Source of the DNA: an uncultured Verrucomicrobiae bacterium
GTDB lineage: Bacteria > Verrucomicrobiota > Verrucomicrobiia > Limisphaerales > JAFGQR01
Length of the DNA stretch: 64,000 bases
Direction: 5' to 3'
Assembly: GCA_963788655.1 (NCBI GenBank)
Contig: CAWBHS010000099.1
Location: 32,001-96,000, forward strand
How positions within the stretch are numbered: the first letter of the stretch is position 1; each line of letters starts with the position of its first letter. Of this stretch, positions 44,743 to 55,376 are shown piece after piece. A model generated the notes under the pieces. It searched no databases and was not told the origin of the DNA. It saw only the letters and a list, made by a program, of their open reading frames with translations. Position numbers and translations under genes: made by a program.

Positions 44743-46146
44743 ATGAAGAACACAAAATTCACTTGGGCGGCGCTGGCCGCCGGATCGCTCGCGGCCTTGG
44801 GCAGTGTGACCACGGCATCCGCACAATCATCGGACACCTTGATCGACGTGTTGGTGGACAAAGGGGTGCTCACACTGGATGAAGCCAAACAACTGCGGGC
44901 GGAAGCGGATAAGGATTTTACGCGGGCGTACGCCGCCAAGAGCGGCATGCCCGAATGGGTCACGGCCTTGAAATTCAGCGGCGATTTCCGGGGCCGTTAC
45001 GATGGAATTTATGTGGACAACCCGGCCCAGATTGACCGCCCGCGCTGGCGCTACCGTTTGCGGTTCGGTTTCACCGCGCTGATGTTGGACAACCTGGAAG
45101 TCGGACTCCGGCTGGCTTCGGGGAACGATGATCCGATTTCCCGCAACACAACCCTCAGTGACAATGGCGCGCCCAAACCAATCGGCATCGACCTGGCCTA
45201 CGGGAAGTATTACCTGCTCAACCGACCGACGGTGGGCGGGTCCGTCACCTTCGGCAAGATGAAGAATCCGTTCCATTTTTCTTCGATGGTTTTTGACCAC
45301 GATTACACGCCGGAAGGTGGCGCCATGCAGTACCAGTTCAATTTGAACCAGGATCCGGTCAAAGCCCAAGTCCTCAAGTTGAATCTCGGCGCGTTTGTGC
45401 TGGATGAACTCAAGGCCAGCAGTAGTGACCCGTATCTGCTGGGGGCGCAATTGCGATGGGAAGGCAAATTTGGCGAGGAACTGAAGCCGACCGGGTGGAA
45501 TGTATCAGCGGGCGTGGCGTTTCTGACCATTCAGAATGCCAACCAATTGACCCGGAGCGCGGTGCCGAATGTTGACACCGGGAATACGCGGATCCCAACG
45601 ACCAAGCAAGTCGTGTCACTGGATCCTTCGGTCGGCGTGACCACCAACTCATTAACTTCCTACGAAACCCTGGCCAACAAATTCAATCCCATTGTCGCCG
45701 ATGCCTCGGTTGGTTACACGCTGGAAGACTTCTGGATGTATAACGCACCATTCCCGATTGTGGTCGGGGGCGAGTACATGTACAACCCGGCCGCCGGCAC
45801 GCGCAACACGGGCTGGAACGTCGGCGTCACGTTTGGCAAGGCGGGCAAAAGCCGGCGGTGGGAACTGTCCTACAATTACAAATATTTGGAAAGCGACGCC
45901 TGGTATGAGCAGTTTGTGGACTCGGACTTCGGCGCCTATTATGCGGGCACTTCGCTCAACGGAACCAAGGGCTATGGCGCCGGCACGAATGTGCGTGGCC
46001 ACGTGATCTCCCTCGCGTATTCTCCGTTCAACTCGCTGACCCTGGCCGCCACCGCCTTTGTCACCGAACTGATCGACAAGCCGGCCGTATCCCATAACAA
46101 CAGCGACACCTTGCGCGTGCAGGTGGATGCACAATGGAAGTTCTGA
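44743..46146 (+). CDS. Putative porin (outer-membrane beta-barrel, likely phosphate-starvation induced)
   Basis: Signal peptide; LIDVLVDKGVLTLDEA helical N-terminus; LKFSGDFRGRYD...RYRLRFG; terminal QWKF. Confidence 0.85.
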   Translation: MKNTKFTWAALAAGSLAALGSVTTASAQSSDTLIDVLVDKGVLTLDEAKQLRAEADKDFTRAYAAKSGMPEWVTALKFSGDFRGRYDGIYVDNPAQIDRPRWRYRLRFGFTALMLDNLEVGLRLASGNDDPISRNTTLSDNGAPKPIGIDLAYGKYYLLNRPTVGGSVTFGKMKNPFHFSSMVFDHDYTPEGGAMQYQFNLNQDPVKAQVLKLNLGAFVLDELKASSSDPYLLGAQLRWEGKFGEELKPTGWNVSAGVAFLTIQNANQLTRSAVPNVDTGNTRIPTTKQVVSLDPSVGVTTNSLTSYETLANKFNPIVADASVGYTLEDFWMYNAPFPIVVGGEYMYNPAAGTRNTGWNVGVTFGKAGKSRRWELSYNYKYLESDAWYEQFVDSDFGAYYAGTSLNGTKGYGAGTNVRGHVISLAYSPFNSLTLAATAFVTELIDKPAVSHNNSDTLRVQVDAQWKF

Positions 46147-46209
46147 TTTCCGCGATCTGGTTGCCAAATTAGCGGAGCGCGCGACCTCCTGCGACCTCCG
46201 TTGCCGTTG

Positions 46210-46249
46210 CAAGCCGGGACTGGTTTAGTCCCGGCTTGTTTGTTTTTTT
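46210..46249 (+). terminator. Rho-independent terminator after the porin gene
   Basis: CAAGCCGGGACT-GGTTT-AGTCCCGGCTTG followed by TTTGTTTTTTT. Confidence 0.85.
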
Positions 46250-46513
46250 GAGGAGGGCATTGGAGGCTTGGTCCAATTGTTCCAGTGTTCCCTCACCGGC
46301 GCGGCTTTGATTGGAGGGCATCGCCGAACCGAGCCACCAACGTGGGCGGGCGCAATGACCTTTTTGGGAACCAAGGCGCGGATGCTTGTTTCCGATCGTG
46401 CCGTCAAACATTGGTCAAGTTCACACAATCGTCACCTGCCCGCCATGGGGAGTTTTCATTCGCGTACATCATTAGGAGTAACAAATCGCAGCGAACAATA
46501 AATGCAACACACT

Positions 46514-47365
46514 ATGAGAACAATACAACACATCTTGCTGCTGGCCGCCCTGACCGCTGGAGTAGGTACGGCAGCCGCCGCGGACAGTATTACCATCAAA
46601 GGTTCGGACACCATTGTCATCCTCGCGCAGAAATGGGCGGAAGCGTACATGAAGCTACACCCGGACGTGAAGATCGAAGTCACGGGCGGGGGGAGCGGTA
46701 TTGGCCTGGCCGCGCTGCAAAACCAGAGCACGGACATCGCCGATGCCTCGCGCCGGATGAAACCCAAGGAGATCGCCAATTGCGTGAAAGTGTTTGGGCG
46801 CCGGCCCACCGAGTACAAGGTCTGTCTCGACGGACTTTCCGTTTATGTGAATGAACACAATCCGCTCAACGAAGTGACGATCTTCCAATTGGAACGGGTG
46901 TTCACCGGCAAATACAAAAACTGGAAGGAATTGGGCGGCGCCGATGAGCGCATCAATGTGTATGGCCGGGAAAACAGTTCGGGCACCTACGAGTTCTTCA
47001 AGGAACACGTGCTGGAAGGCCAGGATTACACCGCACGCACCCAAACCATGCCAGGCACCGCCGCCGTGATTCAGGCGGTGGCCAAGGACAAGAACGGCAT
47101 CGGCTACGGCGGGGTCGCTTACGGCAAAGGCACCAAGATTCTCAAAGTCAAACAGTATGACAATTCTCCCGCCATTGCGCCCACCGAGGAAACGGTGCTG
47201 AACAAGACCTACCCCATTTGGCGCTACTGCTACAATTACGTGAATCCGGCACTCGATCGCGGGATTGTGGCCGATTATCTGCGTTGGATTCGTACTGACG
47301 AAGGCCAAAAGATCGTCAAAGAGGTCGGCTATTTCCCGTTGCCGCCTCACATGCGGATCAAGTAA
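46514..47365 (+). CDS. pstS: Phosphate ABC transporter substrate-binding protein
   Basis: ITIKGSDT, GGGSGIG, DASRRMK and GRENSSGTYEFF motifs. Confidence 0.95.
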   Translation: MRTIQHILLLAALTAGVGTAAAADSITIKGSDTIVILAQKWAEAYMKLHPDVKIEVTGGGSGIGLAALQNQSTDIADASRRMKPKEIANCVKVFGRRPTEYKVCLDGLSVYVNEHNPLNEVTIFQLERVFTGKYKNWKELGGADERINVYGRENSSGTYEFFKEHVLEGQDYTARTQTMPGTAAVIQAVAKDKNGIGYGGVAYGKGTKILKVKQYDNSPAIAPTEETVLNKTYPIWRYCYNYVNPALDRGIVADYLRWIRTDEGQKIVKEVGYFPLPPHMRIK

Positions 47366-47476
47366 TCGTAATGGAGGACAATGGGCCCCGGCTGCTACGC
47401 GGCCACTTCCGGAGCGAAAGCGAATTCCAAAACCTGGCCTGTTCCCGCGCCCGCAATTAACCCAATCGTGAATCCT

Positions 47477-48655
47477 ATGTCCATTGCTGCCCAATCACCC
47501 AAACGCACCGCCGACTGGAGCGCCATTCAACGCGGCGTCAAATCCCGGCCGGGTGAATGGCTGACGGAGAAGGGCATCCTGCTGGTGGCGCTCACCGCCA
47601 TCCTGATGGTGTTCCTGATCTTCCTGTTCGTCGGCCGGGAAGCACTGCCGGTGGCGTTGAGGAAAATGAACACCGCGCACAATCAGGAAATCATTCCGGT
47701 GGCGGATATGGACCAAGTGGCGCCGGAGAAGTTGTGCGCCTATCTGGATTTGAAACCGCAAGAACTCGCCTCCATGGATCCACAAACCTTGCGCATTCTC
47801 ATGGAGGTCAAGGCCGAGGAATTGCAAGCCCGACCGGACGACAAGGATGCCCGGCTCAATACTGCCCGTTGGCAGTATATCCTTCATCCGCACCAGTGGA
47901 CCGGTTACGATAAACCCGAATACATCTGGCAACCGGTTTCCAAGATTCCCAAGTTCAACATTATCCCGCTCATCATCGGCAGCCTCAAAGCCACGCTCGT
48001 GGCGCTGTTTTTTGCGGTGCCGTTGTCCCTCGGGGCCGCGATCTATGTCTCGCAATTGGCCCCTCCGAAATGGAAAGAATACTTGAAGCCCGCCATCGAA
48101 ATGCTCTCCGGCATTCCGTCGGTAGTGCTGGGTTTCTTTGCGCTGATCGTCATGGCCTCGGTCCTCCAGGCCATCTTCGGTTCCCAGTATCGGCTGAATG
48201 CCCTGGTCGCCGGTATTGCCCTGGGCTTCGCCGTCATTCCCGTGGTGTTTTCCATCTCCGAGGATGCCCTGACCAGTGTGCCGCGTAGCTACGTGCATGC
48301 GGCCCTGGCGCTGGGTTCCTCCCGGTGGCATACGGCTTGGCGCATCGTGTTGCCCGCGGCCATGCCGGGGGTGTTCGCCGCCGTAGTGCTGGGCTTCGGA
48401 CGCGCCATTGGAGAAACGATGATCGTGTTGATGGCCAGCGGCAATGCCAGCATCGTTTCCTGGAACATCTTTGAATCAACCCGGACCATGACCGCCACCA
48501 TCGCGGCGGAGTTGGCCGAAACCGTGGTGGGCGGCACGCATTACCGCATGCTCTTCCTGATCGGCGCGCTGTTGTTCATCGTGACGTTCCTTGCGAACAT
48601 GATCGGGGATCTCGTCATGCACCGGTTGAAGAGCAGACTGGAGGGCGCCAAGTGA
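47477..48655 (+). CDS. pstC: Phosphate ABC transporter permease PstC
   Basis: KPAIEMLSGIPSVVLG and GFGRAIGETMIVLMASGN motifs. Confidence 0.93.
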   Translation: MSIAAQSPKRTADWSAIQRGVKSRPGEWLTEKGILLVALTAILMVFLIFLFVGREALPVALRKMNTAHNQEIIPVADMDQVAPEKLCAYLDLKPQELASMDPQTLRILMEVKAEELQARPDDKDARLNTARWQYILHPHQWTGYDKPEYIWQPVSKIPKFNIIPLIIGSLKATLVALFFAVPLSLGAAIYVSQLAPPKWKEYLKPAIEMLSGIPSVVLGFFALIVMASVLQAIFGSQYRLNALVAGIALGFAVIPVVFSISEDALTSVPRSYVHAALALGSSRWHTAWRIVLPAAMPGVFAAVVLGFGRAIGETMIVLMASGNASIVSWNIFESTRTMTATIAAELAETVVGGTHYRMLFLIGALLFIVTFLANMIGDLVMHRLKSRLEGAK

Positions 48656-49677
48656 GCAAAGTTAAAATCCGTCCTGAATCGTTCGACACCCGGCTCCACA
48701 AGCGGCGCCGCTGGCAACGGATGCTGCTTAAGGATGAGCATCTGTCGTGGGACATCCGCCGTTCCGGGGCGAATATGCCCTCCACATTCTTCACCGGTCT
48801 GACGGGCGCGGCCACCGCGCTTATTCTGAGCATCCTGGCGTTTATCATCATCAACGTTGTCTGGAACGGTCTGGATGGACTTTCCTGGCATTTCATCTTC
48901 TCCGGTTCGGCCAACATGTTTGACGTAAACCAGGCCGGCGTGTTCCCGATGATCTTCGGCACGGCCGCCCGCGTAATTCTCATGACCATTTTCGTCATTC
49001 CCATCGGGGTCATCACCGCCATTTACCTGACCGAATACGCCGCCACCACCTCACCGATCACCCGCATTATTCGTGGCGCAGTCAACAACCTGGCCGGTGT
49101 GCCGTCCATCGTGTTCGGTTTGTTCGGCCTGGGTTTCTTCATCAGTTTCGTCGGGGGCGGCCTGGACCAACTGTTTTCGCCGGACAATCCGGAGCCCGTA
49201 TGGGGCAAGCCGGCCATCATCTGGGCCTCGCTGACGATGGCGGTCATGACGCTGCCGGTGGTGATTGTAGCCACCGAAGAATCGCTGCGGGCGATTGCGC
49301 CGGGATTGCGCGAAGGCAGTCTGGCCTTGGGTGCCACGAAACTCCAAACGATCCGGCGCGTGGTCCTGCCGCAAGCGCTGCCCGGAATTCTGACCGGCGG
49401 CATTCTGGCGGTGAGCCGTGCGGCCGGTGAAGTGGCGCCCATTCTGTTCACCGGCGCTGCCTATTACATGGCCCACCTGCCCAAGTCGCTCACCGACCAG
49501 TTCATGGATTTGGGCTACCATGTGTTTGTGCTTTCCACCCAATCGCCCAACATTGATCAAACGCGTCCCATCCTCTACGCCACCGTGGTCGTGCTGCTGC
49601 TGCTGACCTTTGCCTTGAACGTGGTCGCCATTTTCGTGCGGGCGCAAGTGCGCCGCCGCCTGCGGGCCATGCAATAA
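48652..49677 (+). CDS. pstA: Phosphate ABC transporter permease PstA
   Basis: [23 protein letters not shown] and [13 protein letters not shown] motifs. Confidence 0.93.
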   Translation: MSKVKIRPESFDTRLHKRRRWQRMLLKDEHLSWDIRRSGANMPSTFFTGLTGAATALILSILAFIIINVVWNGLDGLSWHFIFSGSANMFDVNQAGVFPMIFGTAARVILMTIFVIPIGVITAIYLTEYAATTSPITRIIRGAVNNLAGVPSIVFGLFGLGFFISFVGGGLDQLFSPDNPEPVWGKPAIIWASLTMAVMTLPVVIVATEESLRAIAPGLREGSLALGATKLQTIRRVVLPQALPGILTGGILAVSRAAGEVAPILFTGAAYYMAHLPKSLTDQFMDLGYHVFVLSTQSPNIDQTRPILYATVVVLLLLTFALNVVAIFVRAQVRRRLRAMQ

Positions 49678-49679
49678 TT

Positions 49680-50525
49680 GTGAACCTCAATTCTATGACG
49701 GCAACCCCAACCCATCTCGTTAAATTGGATTCCAAATTGACGGTCGCTCCGGCGGCGGACACCTCCGCCCACGCGCCCTTGATCGACGTGAAGAACCTCT
49801 CCTTGTGGTACGGAAAGGACCAGGCGCTCAAGGACATTACCTTGTTCATCCGGGAACACGTCGTCAGCGCTTTTATCGGTCCGTCCGGCTGCGGCAAATC
49901 CACGTTTCTGCGCTGCTTCAACCGGATGAACGACCTGATCGACCACGTGCGGATGGATGGCGACATCCACATTGCCAGCCAGAACATCTACGGCCACGAA
50001 GTGGATGTCATCGAACTACGGAAGCGCATTGGCATGGTGTTCCAGAAATCCAATCCGTTCCCGAAATCCATCTACGACAACATCGCCTATGCGCTGCGGC
50101 TCCATGGCGTCAAGGCCAAGTCCGAACTGGACGGGCTCATCGAGCAAAGTCTCCGCGACGCCGCCCTGTGGGATGAAGTCAAGGACCGCCTCCAAGCCAG
50201 TGCCATGGGATTATCCGGCGGTCAGCAACAACGCCTGTGCATCGCGCGGGCGATTGCCATCCGCCCGGAAATCATTCTGATGGACGAACCCGCTTCGGCG
50301 CTCGACCCGGTGGCCACCGCGCGGATCGAAGATCTCATCCTGGAATTGAAAAAGGAATTCACCATCGTGATTGTGACCCACAATATGCAACAGGCGGCGC
50401 GCATCTCGGATTTTACCGCCTTCTTTTACCTGGGCGAATTGGTCGAATACGACACCACCGCAAAGATCTTTACCAATCCGGCCAAGAAACAAACGGAAGA
50501 CTATGTTACGGGACGATTTGGATGA
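49680..50525 (+). CDS. pstB: Phosphate ABC transporter ATP-binding protein
   Basis: [33 protein letters not shown] and [10 protein letters not shown] motifs. Confidence 0.97.
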   Translation: MNLNSMTATPTHLVKLDSKLTVAPAADTSAHAPLIDVKNLSLWYGKDQALKDITLFIREHVVSAFIGPSGCGKSTFLRCFNRMNDLIDHVRMDGDIHIASQNIYGHEVDVIELRKRIGMVFQKSNPFPKSIYDNIAYALRLHGVKAKSELDGLIEQSLRDAALWDEVKDRLQASAMGLSGGQQQRLCIARAIAIRPEIILMDEPASALDPVATARIEDLILELKKEFTIVIVTHNMQQAARISDFTAFFYLGELVEYDTTAKIFTNPAKKQTEDYVTGRFG

Positions 50526-50681
50526 GCAACGGGGGAATGGGATGCCGGATGCCAGATACCTGACGCTGGGCACCAGATACTGAATACTGGCTACTGATTA
50601 CTGATTACTGGCTACCGAATGTGCGATGCGCTATAGATGATTTGTGATGGCTAATGACTAACCTCTCACCTTGCTACTGTT

Positions 50682-51356
50682 ATGATTCACTTTGAACAAG
50701 AACTCGATACCCTGAAAGAAAAGCTCCTGAGCATGGCGGTCGCCGCCGAAACCGCCGTCACCCGCGCCATGAAGGCCTTGGTAGAGCGCAACGACTCCTT
50801 GGCGGCGCGCATCAAGGAAGAAGACAAAATCCTTGACCAATTCGAGATGGAGATCGACGAACTGGCGATTGACCTGCTGACCAAGGCCCCGCTGGCCTCG
50901 CACCTGCGGTTGATTACTGTGGCCATGAAAGCCTCGCACGACCTCGAGCGCGTGGGCGATGAAGCCACTACCATCGCCCGGCGGGCTCTGGAATTAAACG
51001 CCGAACCGCAGCTCAAGCCCTACGTCGATATTCCCCGTATGGCCACGCTCGCGCTGGAAATGCTCAAGGACGCCATGCAAAGCTTTGTCGATCGCGATCC
51101 GATCAAGGCGCGCACTGTGATCCCGCGCGACAAACAGGTGGATGCGCTCAACAAGCAATTGTACCGTGAACTGGCCAGTTTCATGGTCGAAAAACCCAGC
51201 AGCATTTCCCGGTGCCTGCACATCATGGTGGTATCGAAGAGCCTCGAACGCATCGCCGATCACGCCACCAATATTGCCGAAGAAGTGGTTTATCTCTGCG
51301 AGGCCAAGGACATCCGCCACGACCCGGAAATCAAACGCGGCAAGCCGGCCTCGTAA
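50682..51356 (+). CDS. phoU: Phosphate signalling protein PhoU
   Basis: DLERVGDEA and LERIADHATNIAEEV motifs; last gene of the pst operon. Confidence 0.95.
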   Translation: MIHFEQELDTLKEKLLSMAVAAETAVTRAMKALVERNDSLAARIKEEDKILDQFEMEIDELAIDLLTKAPLASHLRLITVAMKASHDLERVGDEATTIARRALELNAEPQLKPYVDIPRMATLALEMLKDAMQSFVDRDPIKARTVIPRDKQVDALNKQLYRELASFMVEKPSSISRCLHIMVVSKSLERIADHATNIAEEVVYLCEAKDIRHDPEIKRGKPAS

Positions 51357-51363
51357 GCAACGC

Positions 51364-52356
51364 TCACGGGCCGCCGAGGGGAATGTTCACGTAGCCGCCA
51401 AACCAGAATTTCCCGTCGCTGTTGGCCCCGTCCACCACCGTGCGGCTGTAGAATCCAAACTGCCATTTCCGTTTGGAGGTGGTGTAATTGAAGCCTGCCT
51501 CAATCGCATCGCGGTTTTCACGCACCGCCACCGGATAATTGATGTACCGCGTGGCCGGATCGAAGCTGATGTCGTCCCCCGAGGTCGTTCCCAGGTGCCG
51601 GTAGCCCGCCTGCAGTTCCCACCCTTTGATCTGTTGGAACAAGCCGGCCGCCACAATGTACTGGTCGTTGGACGTGGTGCGGTTCCAGCGAAACAGCGCG
51701 TCACCATAAGCCCCCAATCCCGTCCAGCCGAAATGTTTTCGGGTCAGCACTTCGGGCGCGATCGCCACCGAGCGGAGGCCGGGCGCAAACGGAAATCCCT
51801 GGCTGTAGGTGCCGGGCAGGACGGCCCCGGCGCGGAATGTCAACGTGGGGATCCATTTGGATTGGGAGCTCGCCTCATTGTGAATCTGGTAGCGCACGCC
51901 GAACGCCGTGTCCATCAGGCCACCGGTGGAGCGGGAATAACCATTGGGATTGTTGTCGTTCGAGAAATACCGCCACCCAACGGTGGTATAGCCGAGCGCG
52001 AAATCCGCCGCCCACCGTTCGGTGATACCGTATTGGAGCGTCAGGTAACCCTGGATGGTGTCAACGCCATAACGCTCCCCGTTTCGATGCCAGGTCACAT
52101 CCTGGTATTCGTTTTTGACCCAGATGTGGTAGGCCTCGGATTCCTGGTAGAACGCCCCGACGACAAACTGACGGCGTTGCGGCACGTCCGCCCATTGGGC
52201 AAATGGTGCGTGCGGGACGTTCTCACTGGCCCCAAGCGATGGGGCTAGCACCAGGCAGATCATTCCCGCCAGCCCTAGGAACCAGCGTCGCCCAGCCCGG
52301 CTCGTTGGCCGGGATAGTTTTCCGATTTCCGTTTTGACTCGTTTGTTCTGCTTCAT
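51364..52356 (-). CDS. Putative outer-membrane beta-barrel transporter-like protein
   Basis: Signal-like segment; amphipathic strands (LQYGITERWAAD, GLMDTAFGVRYQI, PTLTFRAG) resembling the SphA/MetA-pathway barrel family. Confidence 0.6.
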   Translation of the reverse strand: MKQNKRVKTEIGKLSRPTSRAGRRWFLGLAGMICLVLAPSLGASENVPHAPFAQWADVPQRRQFVVGAFYQESEAYHIWVKNEYQDVTWHRNGERYGVDTIQGYLTLQYGITERWAADFALGYTTVGWRYFSNDNNPNGYSRSTGGLMDTAFGVRYQIHNEASSQSKWIPTLTFRAGAVLPGTYSQGFPFAPGLRSVAIAPEVLTRKHFGWTGLGAYGDALFRWNRTTSNDQYIVAAGLFQQIKGWELQAGYRHLGTTSGDDISFDPATRYINYPVAVRENRDAIEAGFNYTTSKRKWQFGFYSRTVVDGANSDGKFWFGGYVNIPLGGP

Positions 52357-52951
52357 GATTTCTGACGGGTTGTTTCATTCGCCATCCAACGAACGTCCGC
52401 CCATGCCCCCCGGCACCAATGCCGTTTCGAATATTCGGTTCCAATGGCCACCTAGTGGAGCCGGGACGAAGCTGTATCCACGCCACGGCAGATTTCAACC
52501 AAAGAAGAGTTGAAGCATGAAGGGGTGAAACGTCGAAGAGTCGAGGTGGAGGAAAGGGGTAATTCCTGGGAGCGCGGATGCTTTTATTTGCGCGAAGGAC
52601 CGTCAGGAGTGATGCCGACTTTCAATTTGTTCTAACACGGAGTTGCACTCTGCCCGGGCGTTGAAGGCTCCCAACGCCGCTGCCGGTACGGGCTAGGAGA
52701 TGCGTGATAGTCTTGCTCACACGTCGAGATTCTTTACAGAGTTTGAAATTGTTCAAATCCTTTTGGATAACTATGAAAACAGCCGCTGAACTGGCCATTT
52801 GCGTGGTTTTAGAGTTGGAATAGCTTACAGTTTTAGTCGGAAGGCTATTTCTTGAAATAGAAGTAAGGCGACATCAGTATGATTTTAAATGATTGATGAC
52901 AAGCGGCTTGAACACATTTAGAACGACGACAATTCAGGCTTGCATCGATAC

Positions 52952-52967
52952 TGGCACGCACTTAGCT
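52952..52967 (+). promoter_or_regulatory. Sigma54 (-24/-12) promoter
   Basis: TGGCACGCACTTAGCT has exact GG-N10-GC spacing and ends about 33 bp before the ATG at 53001. Confidence 0.75.
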
Positions 52968-53000
52968 ATAAAAACCATCCTATTGCAACAAAACTTGGCT

Positions 53001-53763
53001 ATGAAACAACATCATTCACTATTCAACTCATTGATTCTCGTTGGCGTTTCGGCGTTGACTGCATCGGCAGTAACCGTCACTGTACTTCCCAGTGACCCTA
53101 ACTGGGGCAATCCGGCAGGCGAAAACGGAGGCGGCGGATTCCAGCGCCATCACCGGATCGGCTCCGCGCTCCGGCAATGGCTCGTTGGAATTAACGGGCG
53201 ATCGCACCCGATTCTTTGGTCTAGGCAATCCGTATGATTCCACAAGCAATCTCGGATTGTTGAGTGACCTGACTGACTTCAGGTTCGATTGGTCGGTCGC
53301 AGTCGGAAGCTCGCAGGGCACGACTCCCAATTACTCGCCGGCGTTGAGGCTGCACATTTGGGACGGAGCCCAACGCAGTGAGCTCATTTGGGAAAACGCG
53401 TATAATGGTCCAACTACGGTGGTCCAAGGCATGTGGTACTCCACCGGCACCGATGACAATTTCTCGCAGTATGTGGCGGGAGTTGGCGACAGCCTGATTT
53501 ACAACCGGTCAATATCGGATTGGAGTTCGCTCGGTTACAGTGCAAACGCATATATTGCCGGCGTCAGTATCGGGGTTGGCTCTTCCGCGGGATCCACCTA
53601 TCATGCCTTTGCCGACGATCTAGTATTAAGTTTCGGGGTAAATTCCACCACCTACAACTTCGAAGCCTCCGCTGCTTCGGTGCCGGATGGTGGGGCGACG
53701 CTGCTTCTATTCGGAAGTGCCTTGGCGGGATTTGCAGCATTGCGTCGGAAGTGGCGGGCCTAG
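53001..53763 (+). CDS. VPDSG-CTERM (PEP-CTERM variant) exosortase-target surface protein; frameshift near 53139
   Basis: Signal peptide MKQHHSLFNSLILVGVSALTASA and C-terminal VPDGGATLLLFGSALAGFAALRRKWRA. Confidence 0.85.
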
Positions 53764-53789
53764 CCGGCTCCAACCAAGAAACACAATTC

Positions 53790-53814
53790 GGGCCGGAGCA
53801 ATCCGGTCCTTTTT
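53790..53814 (+). terminator. Rho-independent terminator
   Basis: GGGCCGGA-GCAA-TCCGGTCC followed by a T tract. Confidence 0.75.
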
Positions 53815-53906
53815 GTTTTAACCATGGCGTGTTAACAATCGGGTATCCAGAATCGGGCATCCGGCATCTTCACCGGTCGCATCGGCCCACTTCAACGCTT
53901 CACCCC

Positions 53907-55376
53907 TCACTGCCCGGTCCCAGTTGCCTTTGCCGGCGCATTCGTGCCGGTGGCTGAAGGAGCCGGCAAGTTCAACTTCGTGCGCAGACGAGCTTTGAAT
54001 TCCGGGGCCAGCCGGCTGTCCGGCGCCAACAAGCGGTTAAGCACGTCTTTCTTCATGTCCTCGAAGGGCGGCAAGCCCAGGCGCTGTTCCTGGCCCTTGG
54101 CTTTATCCCGGCAATAATTCCAAAACTTCAGCGCCATGGCCATCATCCCGGCGGCGCGGTCATCGTTATCGATGGCCATGGCGAGGTAGGCGTCGCCGAT
54201 AAAGCCTTCCAGCACGGTCATGGATTTGTCATAGCTCATCGTCCCAATGTCCTCCACGTGCCGTTGGAACACGTATTCTTCCAACGTGTCTTTGGCCGGG
54301 ATGGCATCGGGGTATTTCTGGCGCACGTAATCGAACCAATACTTGGCTTCGGTCTCACGGTTGTGGGTGTAGAGCATGTAAACGATGGTGCGCAGGAAAT
54401 TCTTGTGCGCCCGTTCGATGGGCACCTTGTTCTGCTGTTCATCCTGGATCAGCTTCTCCCAGTTGGCATTCACCCGTCCGATCTTATCGAGGTCCGGTCC
54501 CGTAATGATGTACCCGTTCTTGGGCAGACGCACCACGCGTCCGGCGAAGACCGACATTTGTTGCGAGGAATAAATCACCCGCCGCAGGAAGACGAGATTG
54601 CTGTTGCTGGAATTGCGCAATCCCACGCAGGCCCAGTAAATGGCGTGCGCTTCGGGCAGGCGCCATTCCAGGGGGCCGTATTCCGTGTCCACCTCCTTCA
54701 TGATTTCCGGGTCCATCTTGTATTTGTTGCGCAGCAACTCCGCGCGTTTCCGCTCATCAGCGGTGGTCGGATGGATCAATTCGGCGAAGTTCGGGCGCGG
54801 ACCATCGAAGAGCGCGGTCATCTGGCGCGCCCACTCGGTCTTGTAATAGCGATGGGCGTCATCGAGGTCTTGCCCCATCTTGTGCTGGAAGAACCAGGCC
54901 AATTCCCGATAGACCATCGCCTGCGTGGGATTGTAGCGAATGGCGTCATCACGCAACAACTCGATGCCCCGCTGCACCCAGCGCCAGCGGTCCGCCGGGT
55001 CGGTGAACTTGACCGAAATGTTGTAGGCCATGTTCCAGGCCTGCACGAGCCAGACCTGCACGAAGGTGGGTTCGAGTTTGGTGATCCAATCGGCGAGCTG
55101 GACCATTTCAAAATACTTGCCTTCGTCCTGGAGATCGGTGGCGCGAATCCACAGCGCGTTGGCGATCAATCCCCGGAAACTGCCCAACGCCACGGTCACA
55201 AAGGTCAGCATGGGTGGGGCGCCCGCGGTATCCAATTGCGTGAAATAGCTCAGGCCCAGTTTCGGATCGCGGCGCTGTCCGTTGAGCTGGTGCTGGAAGA
55301 AACCGGCCAGCGCCAGCAACACCGCTGCGCTCAGGGCGAGCAGCGGTTTGTAGAAGCGATGGCGGTCAGTGGTCAT
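53907..55376 (-). CDS. Membrane-anchored alpha-helical (TPR-like) hypothetical protein
   Basis: N-terminal TM segment and LGSFRGLIANALWIRA...ITKLEPTF..VW..QAWNMAYNIS. The start overlaps the upstream stop (ATGA). Confidence 0.7.
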   Translation of the reverse strand: MTTDRHRFYKPLLALSAAVLLALAGFFQHQLNGQRRDPKLGLSYFTQLDTAGAPPMLTFVTVALGSFRGLIANALWIRATDLQDEGKYFEMVQLADWITKLEPTFVQVWLVQAWNMAYNISVKFTDPADRWRWVQRGIELLRDDAIRYNPTQAMVYRELAWFFQHKMGQDLDDAHRYYKTEWARQMTALFDGPRPNFAELIHPTTADERKRAELLRNKYKMDPEIMKEVDTEYGPLEWRLPEAHAIYWACVGLRNSSNSNLVFLRRVIYSSQQMSVFAGRVVRLPKNGYIITGPDLDKIGRVNANWEKLIQDEQQNKVPIERAHKNFLRTIVYMLYTHNRETEAKYWFDYVRQKYPDAIPAKDTLEEYVFQRHVEDIGTMSYDKSMTVLEGFIGDAYLAMAIDNDDRAAGMMAMALKFWNYCRDKAKGQEQRLGLPPFEDMKKDVLNRLLAPDSRLAPEFKARLRTKLNLPAPSATGTNAPAKATGTGQ

